Source of the DNA: an uncultured Chloroflexia bacterium
GTDB lineage: Bacteria; Chloroflexota; Limnocylindria; Limnocylindrales; CSP1-4
Direction: 5' to 3'
DNA length: 64,000 nt
Assembly (NCBI GenBank): GCA_963788375.1
Contig: CAWBGT010000027.1
Coordinates: 1,168,047 to 1,232,046, forward strand
Shown here: piece by piece, positions 19,195 through 28,867 of the stretch
Layout of the letters: each line of letters starts with the position of its first letter
How positions within the stretch are numbered: position 1 is the first letter of the stretch
Translations under genes and position numbers: made by a program
Notes under the pieces: generated by a model
The model's input: only the letters and a program-made list of their open reading frames with translations
Databases searched by the model: none
What the model was told of the DNA's origin: nothing

Positions 19195-19842
19195 ATGCCC
19201 GAGCCCATCCTCCGACTCCTGGTCGAGTCCACGCCGAAGAAGGTGTTCGTGTCTGCCCTCGACTGGCCCGGGCTCTCGAGGGCCGGTCGGGACGAGCCCG
19301 CGGCGGTCGAGGCGCTCCTGGTGGCGGCGAAGCGGTACGTCGAGGTGGCGGGGGCGGCCGGTCAGGCATTCGGCGGGGCCACCCTGCAGCTCGAGGTCGT
19401 CGAGCGTCTCGATGGCGACGCCGCGACGGCGTTCGGCGTCCCCTCCCGGGTCGCGGAGGCTGACCGGATGCCGGTGGATGCAACGGAGGGCGCCCGGCTG
19501 GCCGCCCTGGTCGAGGCCTCCTGGGCCGCGTTCGACAGGATCGCCGCCGCGGCACCCGAGGAGCTTCGCAAGGGCCCGCGCGGGGGCGGCCGCAACCGCA
19601 CGAAGGTGGTGGAGCACGTCCACGGGGGCGATGACAGCTACGCGAGCGTCATCGGCATCCCGGCCGCGGACCGCCGTTCGGGGACAGGCCTCCGAGAACG
19701 CGTCCTCGCGATCCTGCGCGAGCCATCGGATGGATCTCCCATCGCGGGCAAGCGGTGGCCGCCCCGCTACGCCGCCCGGCGGATCGCGTGGCACGCGCTG
19801 GACCACGCCTGGGAGATCGAGGACCGCACGGAACCGGCCTGA
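19195..19842 (+). CDS. Conserved hypothetical protein (His-containing, possibly DinB-like)
   Basis: ALDWPG, GPRGGGR and WHALDHAWEIEDR motifs; CATACT 6 nt before ATG. Confidence 0.7.
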   Translation: MPEPILRLLVESTPKKVFVSALDWPGLSRAGRDEPAAVEALLVAAKRYVEVAGAAGQAFGGATLQLEVVERLDGDAATAFGVPSRVAEADRMPVDATEGARLAALVEASWAAFDRIAAAAPEELRKGPRGGGRNRTKVVEHVHGGDDSYASVIGIPAADRRSGTGLRERVLAILREPSDGSPIAGKRWPPRYAARRIAWHALDHAWEIEDRTEPA

Positions 19843-20041
19843 CGCAACCCTGGCCACAAGGACCGCGGGACAGGAGATCCATCCCTGTGGGCGACGGGCG
19901 TGGGTTGCCCGGGCGGGGGGCCGAGGGTCCCGGTCGGCGCACGGAGGACGGGTCGCCTTCGGGCCCTTCGGCCGATCATGCGGCTAGGTGTCCCAGACAT
20001 ACTCCTGGTGCCGGTTCATGCCAGGGAGGAGTCGTTCGCTC

Positions 20042-21448
20042 GTGGATCCGCTGATGCTCTCGCGGTGGCAGTTCGGGATCACCACCGTCTACCACTTCCT
20101 GTTCGTCCCCCTCACGATCGGCCTGGCGTTCTCGGTGGCCGGGTTCCAGACGGCGTGGTACCGGACCCGCAAGGAGTCGTACCTGCGGCTGACCCGGTTC
20201 TTCGGCGAGCTGTTCCTGATCAACTTCGCCCTGGGTCTCGTGACCGGCATCGTCCAGGAGTTCCAGTTCGGCATGAACTGGAGCAGCTACAGCCGCTTCG
20301 TGGGCGACATCTTCGGCGCTCCGCTGGCGATCGAGGGGCTGCTCGCATTCTTCCTCGAGTCGACGTTCCTGGGGCTCTGGATCTTCGGCTGGGGCAGGCT
20401 CTCCCCGAGGGTCCACCTCGCCACGATCTGGGTGGCCGCCATCGGCACGGTCCTGTCCGCGTACTTCATCCTCGCCGCCAACTCCTGGATGCAGCACCCG
20501 GTGGGCTACGAGTACAACCCCGTCACCGGTCGCGCCGAGCTCACGGACTTCATGGCCCTGCTGACCAACAGCACGGCCCTGATCACGTTCCCGCACACGA
20601 TCGCGGCCGCGTTCATGACGACCGGCGCGTTCCTGGCGGGCATCGGCATGTACCGGATGCTCAAGGACCGGGGCGATCCCGATGCCGCGGGGCCCTTCCG
20701 TGCCGCCGCCAAGGCCGGCTCGATCATGCTCCTGGTGTCGGGCCTGCTGGTCGCGGTCACGGGCGACATCCAGGGCAAGCTGATGACCGAGCAGCAGCCG
20801 ATGAAGATGGCCGCGGCCGAGGCGCTCTGGGAGACCCAGCAGCCCGCCTCGTTCTCGATCTTCACCATCGGCACCCCCGACGGATCAGAGGACGTCTTCT
20901 CGATCCGGATCCCGTACCTGCTCTCCTTCCTGGCGACGGGCACCTTCGACGGCAAGGTCGAGGGCATCAACGATCTCCAGGCGAAGGAGGAGGCCCAGTT
21001 CGGGCCCGGTGACTACACGCCCAACACGCCCATCACCTACTGGACCTTCCGCTGGATGATCGGGATGGGTGCCCTGGCAGCGCTCGCCGCCGCCTGGTTC
21101 CTGTTCCGGATGCGCAGAGGGCGAACGCCGGCCGGGCGCACCCTGCTGGTCGCGGTGATCCTGCCGTTCCTGCCCCTGGCCGCCAACTCCTTCGCCTGGA
21201 TGTTCACGGAGATCGGCCGCCAGCCCTGGATCGTCTACGGCCTGATGTTCACCGCCACCGGCGTGTCGCCCACCGCCACCACGGCCGAGGTGCTGATCAC
21301 GATGATCGGCTTCACGCTGCTGTACGGCGTCCTCGCGGTGGTGATGGTCGGCCTCGTCCTCCGGCGCGTGCGGGCGGGTCTGCCACCCGCCACCTCCGAC
21401 CAGGGGTTCGAACACGAGGCCGAGCCGGCGCTCGGGCTCGGGTACTAG
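20042..21448 (+). CDS. cydA: Cytochrome bd oxidase subunit I
   Basis: RWQF..YHFLF, QEFQFG, NSWMQHP, KMAAAE, EIGRQPW; GGAGG RBS. Confidence 0.97.
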   Translation: MDPLMLSRWQFGITTVYHFLFVPLTIGLAFSVAGFQTAWYRTRKESYLRLTRFFGELFLINFALGLVTGIVQEFQFGMNWSSYSRFVGDIFGAPLAIEGLLAFFLESTFLGLWIFGWGRLSPRVHLATIWVAAIGTVLSAYFILAANSWMQHPVGYEYNPVTGRAELTDFMALLTNSTALITFPHTIAAAFMTTGAFLAGIGMYRMLKDRGDPDAAGPFRAAAKAGSIMLLVSGLLVAVTGDIQGKLMTEQQPMKMAAAEALWETQQPASFSIFTIGTPDGSEDVFSIRIPYLLSFLATGTFDGKVEGINDLQAKEEAQFGPGDYTPNTPITYWTFRWMIGMGALAALAAAWFLFRMRRGRTPAGRTLLVAVILPFLPLAANSFAWMFTEIGRQPWIVYGLMFTATGVSPTATTAEVLITMIGFTLLYGVLAVVMVGLVLRRVRAGLPPATSDQGFEHEAEPALGLGY

Positions 21449-21457
21449 GGGAACGTC

Positions 21458-22459
21458 ATGGAACTCACGACGCTCTGGTTCGCCCTGATCGCGATCCTGT
21501 TCATCGGCTACTTCATTCTCGAGGGCTTCGACTTCGGCGTGGGCATGCTGCTCCACGTGATCGGCAGAAACGAGCCCGAGCGGAGGGCGATGATCCGCAC
21601 CATCGGCCCGGTCTGGGATGGCAACGAGGTGTGGGTCCTGGTCGCGGGCGGGGCCATGTTCGCGGCGTTCCCGGAGTGGTACGCGACGCTGTTCTCGGGG
21701 TTCTACCTCGCGCTGTTCCTGATCCTCGTGGGGCTGATCGTCCGCGGCATCGGGATCGAGTATCGAAACAAGCGCGGCGACCTCGCCTGGCGCGGCCGGA
21801 TGGACCTGCTCATCGCCGTGGGCAGCTTCCTGCCAGCGCTCCTGTGGGGCGTGGCATTCGCCAACATCGTGGCGGGAGTGCCCATCGATGCCGACAAGGA
21901 GTTCACGGGCAACCTGCTGACGCTGCTCAACCCGTTCGGGCTCCTGGGCGGGCTGACCACCCTGCTCCTGTTCCTCACCCACGGCCTGATCTTCCTGACC
22001 CTCAAGACCGACGGCGAGATCCGGGAGCGGGCGCGCGGGCTCACCCTTCCGATGGGCCTCGTGACGGCGGTCGTGGCCGTGGCCTTCCTGCTCTGGGCGA
22101 ACTACATCCGTGGCGACGCCCTGTCCGTCGTGATCGCCGTGGCCGCCGCCGTGGTGTTCCTGCTCGCCCTCCTGGCGGTCCGCCTCAAGCGCGAAGGATG
22201 GGCGTTCCTGGGGTCCGCGCTCACGATCGGCCTGGCCGTGGCCAGCCTGTTCCTGGCACTGTTCCCGGACGTGATGCCATCGTCCACCGACCCGGCGTTC
22301 AGCCTCACGGCCACCAACGCGTCGTCCACGCCGTATACGCTCGGCATCATGACGATCGTGGCGGTGATCTTCGTGCCGGTGGTCCTCATCTACCAGGGAT
22401 GGACCTACTACGTGTTCCGGAAGCGGGTGACCGTCCCGCGGGCCGCCGTCGAGTCCTGA
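21458..22459 (+). CDS. cydB: Cytochrome bd oxidase subunit II
   Basis: EGFDFGVG, GPVWDGNEVW, FAAFPEWYA. Confidence 0.97.
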   Translation: MELTTLWFALIAILFIGYFILEGFDFGVGMLLHVIGRNEPERRAMIRTIGPVWDGNEVWVLVAGGAMFAAFPEWYATLFSGFYLALFLILVGLIVRGIGIEYRNKRGDLAWRGRMDLLIAVGSFLPALLWGVAFANIVAGVPIDADKEFTGNLLTLLNPFGLLGGLTTLLLFLTHGLIFLTLKTDGEIRERARGLTLPMGLVTAVVAVAFLLWANYIRGDALSVVIAVAAAVVFLLALLAVRLKREGWAFLGSALTIGLAVASLFLALFPDVMPSSTDPAFSLTATNASSTPYTLGIMTIVAVIFVPVVLIYQGWTYYVFRKRVTVPRAAVES

Positions 22460-22487
22460 GCATGCGGCCGCGTCCCCACGGCCATCC

Positions 22488-24158
22488 GTGAGCCCCACCC
22501 GCCGCCTCCTCGACGCAGCCCGGATCGCGCGCGGGTCGCTTGTCCTCGCCGTCTGCCTGGGAGTCGCGATCGCCCTGCTCGCGGTAGCCCAGGCCTGGCT
22601 GCTGGCGCGGGCGATCAGCGGCGCGTTCATGGGCGGCGAGGGGCTCGCGGACCTCACTCCCGTGCTGGTGGCACTGGCCATCGTGCTGGCGATCCGGGCG
22701 CTGCTGGGCTGGGGCACGGACATGGTCGCCCGGCGCACCAGCGGGGCCGTCAAGGCGGACCTGCGCCTCCGGCTGCTGGAGCGATCCCTGGCGCTCGGCC
22801 CTCGCTGGGCTGCCGCGCAGGCGAGTGGCGAGCTGGCGGTGCTGGCCACGCGGGGGCTCGACGCCCTCGATGGCTACTTCGGGCGGTACCTGCCCCAGCT
22901 GGCGCTGGCGGCGATCGTCCCGGTCACCGTGGTGGTCTGCCTGCTTGCCGTGGACGTGGTGGCGGCCCTGACCGTGGCCGTCACGGTCCCGCTGATTCCC
23001 GTGTTCATGATCCTGATCGGGAAGATGTCGGCCGCCCACAGGTCGCGGCGCTGGGTGGCCCTGGGGCGGCTGGCACACCGGTTCACGGATGTGGTCGCGG
23101 GGCTGCCGACGCTCCGGGCCTACGGGCGCGCGGACGACCAGGTGGCGATCCTGCGCCGGGTCACGGAAACGTACCGGACCACGACGATGGCGACCCTGCG
23201 GGTTGCCTTCCTGTCTGCCATGACGCTGGAGCTGCTGGCGACCATCTCGGTGGCTCTGGTCGCCGTCGGGATCGGCCTGCGGCTTGCCGTTGGCGAGTTG
23301 ATGCTCCAGACGGGGCTGTTCGCCCTGATCCTCGCCCCGGAGGCGTACCTCCCGCTCCGCCGCCTCGGCGCGGAGTTCCACGCCGGCGAGGAGGGGGTGA
23401 CGGCCGCTGCGCGGGCGTTCGAGATCATCGACGCGCCGGTGGAGCGTCCCGAGGGCGTGCTGCAGCCGCCTGCGGACATCGCGGGGATCGTGGTGGAGGG
23501 CGTGTCCGCCGAGCAGCCGGGCAGGGACCTGGCGGCGCCCTTCCAGGCGTCCCTGGCCGTGCGCCGGGGCGAGGTGGTGGCGATCTCCGGTCCCTCCGGC
23601 ACAGGCAAGTCCACGCTTCTCGCCGTCATCCTCGGGCTTCTCGAGCCGTCGGCCGGGCGCGCGGCCGTGGTCGGCGGCGACGGTGGCGCGACGGACGTCC
23701 GGGAGCTCGATCCCGATGCCTGGCGTGCCCGCGTCGCCTGGGTTCCGCAGGTCCCGTACGTGTTCGCCGGGTCGGTGGCGGAGAACGTCCGGCTGGGCTC
23801 GCCCGACGCCGGTGACGACGACGTGGCGGCCGCGCTCTGCGCGGTGGGTCTCGAGCACGTGGAGCCCGGGCGCGTGCTGGGGGAGCGCGGGTCAGGCCTC
23901 TCCAGCGGGCAGCGCCGGCGCGTGGGGATCGCGCGGGCGCTGGTGCGCAACGCCCCGATCCTGCTCCTCGATGAGCCCACGGCCGGCCTGGACGGAGCGG
24001 CCGAGAGGGCGGTGCTTGCGGCGGTGCGCGCCCAGGCCGCGAGGGGAGCTGCGGTCCTGCTGGTTGCCCACCGGCCGGGCGCGGTGTCGGGGGCGGATCG
24101 GAGCGTCGAGGTCTCGTGGCAATCCGTGCCCGACGCGGCGGTGGGGGAGACGGCATGA
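22488..24158 (+). CDS. cydD: ABC exporter subunit CydD
   Basis: TM domain, LAPEAYLPLR, Walker A GPSGTGKS, LSSGQ, LLLDEPT; follows cydAB. Confidence 0.92.
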   Translation: MSPTRRLLDAARIARGSLVLAVCLGVAIALLAVAQAWLLARAISGAFMGGEGLADLTPVLVALAIVLAIRALLGWGTDMVARRTSGAVKADLRLRLLERSLALGPRWAAAQASGELAVLATRGLDALDGYFGRYLPQLALAAIVPVTVVVCLLAVDVVAALTVAVTVPLIPVFMILIGKMSAAHRSRRWVALGRLAHRFTDVVAGLPTLRAYGRADDQVAILRRVTETYRTTTMATLRVAFLSAMTLELLATISVALVAVGIGLRLAVGELMLQTGLFALILAPEAYLPLRRLGAEFHAGEEGVTAAARAFEIIDAPVERPEGVLQPPADIAGIVVEGVSAEQPGRDLAAPFQASLAVRRGEVVAISGPSGTGKSTLLAVILGLLEPSAGRAAVVGGDGGATDVRELDPDAWRARVAWVPQVPYVFAGSVAENVRLGSPDAGDDDVAAALCAVGLEHVEPGRVLGERGSGLSSGQRRRVGIARALVRNAPILLLDEPTAGLDGAAERAVLAAVRAQAARGAAVLLVAHRPGAVSGADRSVEVSWQSVPDAAVGETA

Positions 24159-25837
24159 CGGCCCTGCTCGCGGTCCTGCGCATCGGCCGGCCCGTCACCG
24201 GTCGACTCGTGCTCGCCATCCTGGCCGGCGTGGCGGCTGCGGGCGCCGCGATCGGCCTCACCGCGACATCCGCATGGCTGATCAGCAAGGCCGCGGAACA
24301 GCCGGTCATGCTCACGCTGCTGGCGGCGATCACCGCGGTGCGCTTCTTCGGGATCAGCCGCGGCGTGTTTCGCTATCTCGAGCGCGTGGCCGCCCATGAC
24401 GCCGCGTTTCGGGTGCTGGGTGAGCTGCGCGGGACGGCCTATGCGCGCCTGGCGCGCCTGGCCCCCGCCGGCCTGGCGGAGCTTCGGTCCGGCGACCTGC
24501 TGGCGAGGCTCGTCGGCGACGTGGACGGCCTGGCCGACCTGTGGCTCAGGGTCCTGCTGCCCTATGCGGCGGCGGCCGTCGTGGCCGTCGGCTCGGTGGT
24601 GCTTCTCGCCTGGTTCGTGCCGGCGGCCGGGCTGGCCCTCGCGGTGACGCTGCTCATCACCGCCGTGGTGGCGCCACTGGTCGCGGCGGGCGTGTCGCAC
24701 CGCTCCGAGGCCCGGCTGGCGCCGGCGCGCGGCGACCTCGCGGACACGGTCCTCGACCTGCTGCACGGAGCGTCCGAGATCGTGGTCACCGGGGCGGCAC
24801 CTCGGGCGCTGGAGGAGGCGCGGCGCGTGGACGACCGCCTCGCGACGGCAGAACGGGGCTCCGCCATGGGCGCGGGCGTCAGCGGGCTCGTGGCGGCCCT
24901 CTCCGCCGGATTCGCGGTCTGGGCGGCGCTCGTGGTCGGGATCGCTGCCGTGCGGGACGGGAGCCTCGCCGGGGTCGCGCTGGCGGTGGTCGTGCTGACG
25001 CCGATCGCGGTCCACGAGGTGGTCGCACCGCTCGCCCCGTCGGCACGCCTGCTCCCGGGCCTGGTGTCGTCGGCACGACGCGTCCTGGAGATCCTCCGCC
25101 GGCAGGATCCGATCGCGGATCCGGAGCCCGCAACCGCGCTGGCCGTTCCCGGAGGGCACCTCGGGCTCCGGGCCCGGGGTCTCACCGTTCGCTATCCCGG
25201 TGCCAGTGTCATCTCGCTGGACAGGCTTGACATCGACCTCCCCGCCGGGGACCGTCTCGTCCTCACCGGTCCCAGCGGCTCGGGCAAGAGCACGTTGGCC
25301 GCGACCTGCCTCCGGTTCCTCGAGCTGGAATCCGGAACCCTCGAGGTGGTGGGACCGGGCAGCGCCGTCGACGTGCGCTCGATCCCCGGCAACCAGGTCC
25401 GCCGCGCTATCGGCCTGTGCGAGCAGGATCCCCACATCTTCGACGCGACCATCGCGGACAACCTGCGCCTCGCCAGGCCGGGCGCAGATCCGGCGACGCT
25501 GGAGCGGGCCCTGGAGCATGCGGGCCTCCTGGCCTGGGTCCGGTCGCTCCCGAACGGGGTCGAGACGCCCGTCGGCGAGCACGGTGCCCGACTGTCGGGT
25601 GGACAGCGCCAGCGGATCGCCCTCGCCCGGGCCCTGCTTGCGGACGTCCGGATCCTCATCCTCGACGAACCGACCGAGCATCTCGACGACGTCGCCGCCC
25701 GCGGGTTCGTCGCAGACCTGGGAACGGCGGCGGCGGACCGGACGCTGCTCGTCCTGACCCACCGCCCGGAGCTGTTCGACGGTGCGGGCTGGACCCGCGG
25801 GCCGGAACTGGTCCCGGTCGCAAGCCCGGGAGCCTAG
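24155..25837 (+). CDS. cydC: ABC exporter subunit CydC
   Basis: VRFFGISRGVFRYLER..HD, GPSGSGKS, LSGGQ, DEPTEHLD. Confidence 0.92.
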   Translation: MTALLAVLRIGRPVTGRLVLAILAGVAAAGAAIGLTATSAWLISKAAEQPVMLTLLAAITAVRFFGISRGVFRYLERVAAHDAAFRVLGELRGTAYARLARLAPAGLAELRSGDLLARLVGDVDGLADLWLRVLLPYAAAAVVAVGSVVLLAWFVPAAGLALAVTLLITAVVAPLVAAGVSHRSEARLAPARGDLADTVLDLLHGASEIVVTGAAPRALEEARRVDDRLATAERGSAMGAGVSGLVAALSAGFAVWAALVVGIAAVRDGSLAGVALAVVVLTPIAVHEVVAPLAPSARLLPGLVSSARRVLEILRRQDPIADPEPATALAVPGGHLGLRARGLTVRYPGASVISLDRLDIDLPAGDRLVLTGPSGSGKSTLAATCLRFLELESGTLEVVGPGSAVDVRSIPGNQVRRAIGLCEQDPHIFDATIADNLRLARPGADPATLERALEHAGLLAWVRSLPNGVETPVGEHGARLSGGQRQRIALARALLADVRILILDEPTEHLDDVAARGFVADLGTAAADRTLLVLTHRPELFDGAGWTRGPELVPVASPGA

Positions 25838-26847
25838 CGCTCCACCCGGAACACTGTCGCGAGCGCCTCCGGTTCGATGGGAGCTTCGGTCGCCTGCAGC
25901 CCGGCCAGCCGGGCAGCGAGTCCGAACAGCTCCGCCGGCATGCGTCCGGCGTCGAGCAGAGAGCGGACCGCGGTGTCGCCATCGGCCTTCGAGAGCTTCT
26001 GGCCGGACACGCGGCGGATGAGGGGGTGATGCAGGAACTGCGGCTGAACCTCCCGTCCCAGGAGCCCGGCCAGGCGCAGCTGCACGGGCGTCGAGCCCAG
26101 CAGGTCGCGACCGCGGATCACGAGGTCCACCCCGTGCCGCGCGTCGTCCACGACCACGCAGAAGGCGTAGGTCCAGTTGCCCACGCGGTCGCGGACGAGG
26201 AGGTCGCCGTCCGCCGCCGGCTCGTCGGACAGCGGCCCGGCGAGGAGGTCCACCCAGCGTTCCGAACCCGCCCCGACCGCCACCCGCAGGCCGGTGCCCT
26301 GCACCTCCGGGAGGGCCAGCGTCCGGCAGGCCCCCGGGCACCCGATCCCACGCCACGGCCGCCCATGATCCGCCTCCCAGGACGCAAAGGCCGCCCTCGA
26401 GCAGGCGCAGGCGTAGACCAGACCCTGGTCCCGGAGCCGCCCCAGCGCGGCCGCATACACGGCGCCTGAGTCGGACTGGCGATACGACGTCGGCCCGGCG
26501 CGAAGGTCGGCGACGTCCGGCCGGTCCGGCACCAGGCCCAGCCGCTCGATATCGTCCAGCAGCGCGGTCCCGTACTCAGGACGGGACCGCTGCCGGTCGT
26601 GGTCCTCGATGCGCAGGATGACCCGTCCGCCGGTCGCCCTCGCCACACCCCAGGTGTAGAGCGCGTTGGCCACGTGGCCGAGGTGCAGCAGCCCCGTGGG
26701 CGCGGGTGCGAAGCGTGTGACCGGCGACGCCGGAAGGACGCGCGGGTCGGGCAGGGCCGCCCCGCCGGGGGCGGGCACCAGCAACTCGCCGCTATCGTCG
26801 GCCGCGACCTGATCTCCGGCGTCGTCAGCTCCCGGATCGGCCGTCAT
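25834..26847 (-). CDS. gluQ: Glutamyl-Q tRNA(Asp) synthetase-like (truncated GluRS paralog)
   Basis: RFAPAPTGLLHLGH, LRIEDHD, YRQS, VVDD, RGRDL, KLSK; no anticodon-binding domain; start uncertain. Confidence 0.8.
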   Translation of the reverse strand: MTADPGADDAGDQVAADDSGELLVPAPGGAALPDPRVLPASPVTRFAPAPTGLLHLGHVANALYTWGVARATGGRVILRIEDHDRQRSRPEYGTALLDDIERLGLVPDRPDVADLRAGPTSYRQSDSGAVYAAALGRLRDQGLVYACACSRAAFASWEADHGRPWRGIGCPGACRTLALPEVQGTGLRVAVGAGSERWVDLLAGPLSDEPAADGDLLVRDRVGNWTYAFCVVVDDARHGVDLVIRGRDLLGSTPVQLRLAGLLGREVQPQFLHHPLIRRVSGQKLSKADGDTAVRSLLDAGRMPAELFGLAARLAGLQATEAPIEPEALATVFRVER

Positions 26848-27181
26848 GGGTCCGGTCACGTGACTCCAGGCCACGGGTGACGCCGACGATGCGTCGGTAG
26901 ATCGACAGCAGGTCGGCCTGCGACAGCGGGCCCGGGTTCGCCATGGCCACGCGCAGAAGGACCTCGCGCTCGCGCTCCGGATCCTTGACGGCGCGGCGGC
27001 CGGCCAGGTGTTTCGCCCGCCCCGCGGAGCGACCCAGCGCGGCGCGCTCGTTGAGGAGCTCCACGATGGCCTTGTCCAGCTCGTCGATCCGGTCCCGGAT
27101 CCGCGCGAGCTCGACCGCCGCCTCGTCGCGCTCGGCGGCGGTCGGCGTCCGCCGCCGAGGCGTCCGGTCGTCGCCCTTCAT
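26825..27181 (-). CDS. Monofunctional chorismate mutase (AroQ class)
   Basis: RDRIDELDKAIVELLNERA...K...DPEREREVL; inside the aro operon. Confidence 0.85.
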   Translation of the reverse strand: MKGDDRTPRRRTPTAAERDEAAVELARIRDRIDELDKAIVELLNERAALGRSAGRAKHLAGRRAVKDPEREREVLLRVAMANPGPLSQADLLSIYRRIVGVTRGLESRDRTHDGRSGS

Positions 27182-28857
27182 CGGCCGGCTTCCGCCTCGA
27201 CCGTTCCCACGCCTGCGAGCACACCGCGCACCGCCTCGGTCACGGCCTCGGCCGGCACGTCGTCCCGCACGACCATGCCATCCGCCGTGGGCAGCACCCA
27301 GCGCAGCCGCCCGCCCGCGTGCTTCTTGTCCGTGCCCATGGCCAGGACGACGTCCTCGGGCGGGTAGGGGAGCGGGGCGGAGCCCAGTGCCAGCTGGTCC
27401 AGGAGGCCTTCGATGCGGGCGGCACGAGCTGCCGGGGTCACGCCCATCGCCACTCCGACCCGGGTCGCCGCCCGCAGGCCGTAGGCCACGGCCTCCCCGT
27501 GGAGGAGGTGCTCGTAGCCATCCACGGCCTCGAGCGCGTGGGCCACCGTGTGCCCCAGGTTGAGCGAGATCCGCCCGCCGGCACCGCCCTGCTCGCGCTC
27601 GTCGGCGGACACGACCGCGACCTTGGCCCACGCCGGTCGCTCGACCACCTCCGCGAGGACGCCGGACTCGAGGGCGGCATCCGCTCCGGCGGCCACGGCG
27701 GCACCGTCCGTCTCCAGGGTTGCGAACAGCGCCTCGTCGCCCAGGGCCGCCATCTTCACCACCTCGCCCAGGGCCGCACGGAGCTGGCGCTCCGGGAGCG
27801 GGCGCAGCGCAGCGATGTCGAGCACGATCGAGACCGGGTGATGGAACGCGCCGAGCAGGTTCTTGCCTTCCGGCAGGTCGACGCCGGTCTTGCCGCCGAT
27901 GGACGAGTCCACTTGGGCCACCAGCGTCGTGGGTACGCCGATCCAGGGCACGCCACGCAGGTAGGCGGCCGCCAGGAACCCCACCGGGTCACCGAGCGCC
28001 CCGCCGCCCACGGCGATCAGTGGCTCGCGGCGCTCCACGCGCCGCCGGGCCAGCTCGCGCGCGGCATCCTCGATGACCGGCAGGCGCTTGGCGCCCTCGC
28101 CGCCCGGCAGCATCAGGACCTCCACCGGCCAGCCGCGGGAGCGCAGGGTGTCGGCCAGGTTCCCACCGAACGCCGCCCAGGCGCCGGGCTCCGAGACCAG
28201 GATGGCGCGCCGCGCCTCGAGCCGTCGCAGCGTGGCCCCCACCGCCTCCGCCGCGATGTGCTCGCCAACGACCAGCTCGCCGATGGCGGTGGTCGCGCGC
28301 AGGAGGGTCGTCGAAGCGGGAGGCCCGGAGGCGGGACCTGTCGGTCCGGCGGCCGCCAGCCGGTCCACGGCATCCACGACGGCGCCGATCTCCGCGAGAC
28401 CGTTGATCCTCGCCGCCGCGGCGTAGAAGCGCTCCCGCGCCGCCGCCAGCTGCCGGATGCGCCCGAGCGGGTCGCCACCGTGGACCAGCGGCCGGACGGT
28501 CGGCGAGCGTCGCAGCCGCTGGGCGATGACCTCCGGTCGCACGTCCAGCCACACGGGGACGCGCCCGCGGTAGAGCGCCCAGCGGTTGCGTGGGTCGACC
28601 ACCGCGCCGCCGCCCGGCGAGATCACGCGCCGGATCGAGGCGTCGACGTCCGCGGGGCCAAGCGCCGCCACGGCCTCCCGCTCCAGCTGCCGGAACGCGG
28701 GCTCGCCCTGGTCCGCGAAGATCTCCGGGATGGAATGCCCGGAACCGTCAGCGATCCGTGCGTCCAGGTCGATGAACTCCGCCCCGTGGCGGGTCGCGAG
28801 GCGGCGGCCGACCGCGGTCTTGCCGGAGCCGGGCAGGCCGACGAGGACGATGTCCAT
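27178..28857 (-). CDS. aroB: Bifunctional shikimate kinase / 3-dehydroquinate synthase (AroK-AroB)
   Basis: GLPGSGKT, GEPAFR, GGG (kinase); GGGALGD, PTTLVAQVDSSIGGKT, KN, LNLGHT..H, HGEAV, DKK (synthase). Confidence 0.93.
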   Translation of the reverse strand: MDIVLVGLPGSGKTAVGRRLATRHGAEFIDLDARIADGSGHSIPEIFADQGEPAFRQLEREAVAALGPADVDASIRRVISPGGGAVVDPRNRWALYRGRVPVWLDVRPEVIAQRLRRSPTVRPLVHGGDPLGRIRQLAAARERFYAAAARINGLAEIGAVVDAVDRLAAAGPTGPASGPPASTTLLRATTAIGELVVGEHIAAEAVGATLRRLEARRAILVSEPGAWAAFGGNLADTLRSRGWPVEVLMLPGGEGAKRLPVIEDAARELARRRVERREPLIAVGGGALGDPVGFLAAAYLRGVPWIGVPTTLVAQVDSSIGGKTGVDLPEGKNLLGAFHHPVSIVLDIAALRPLPERQLRAALGEVVKMAALGDEALFATLETDGAAVAAGADAALESGVLAEVVERPAWAKVAVVSADEREQGGAGGRISLNLGHTVAHALEAVDGYEHLLHGEAVAYGLRAATRVGVAMGVTPAARAARIEGLLDQLALGSAPLPYPPEDVVLAMGTDKKHAGGRLRWVLPTADGMVVRDDVPAEAVTEAVRGVLAGVGTVEAEAGR

Positions 28858-28867
28858 GTCGCGGCCC

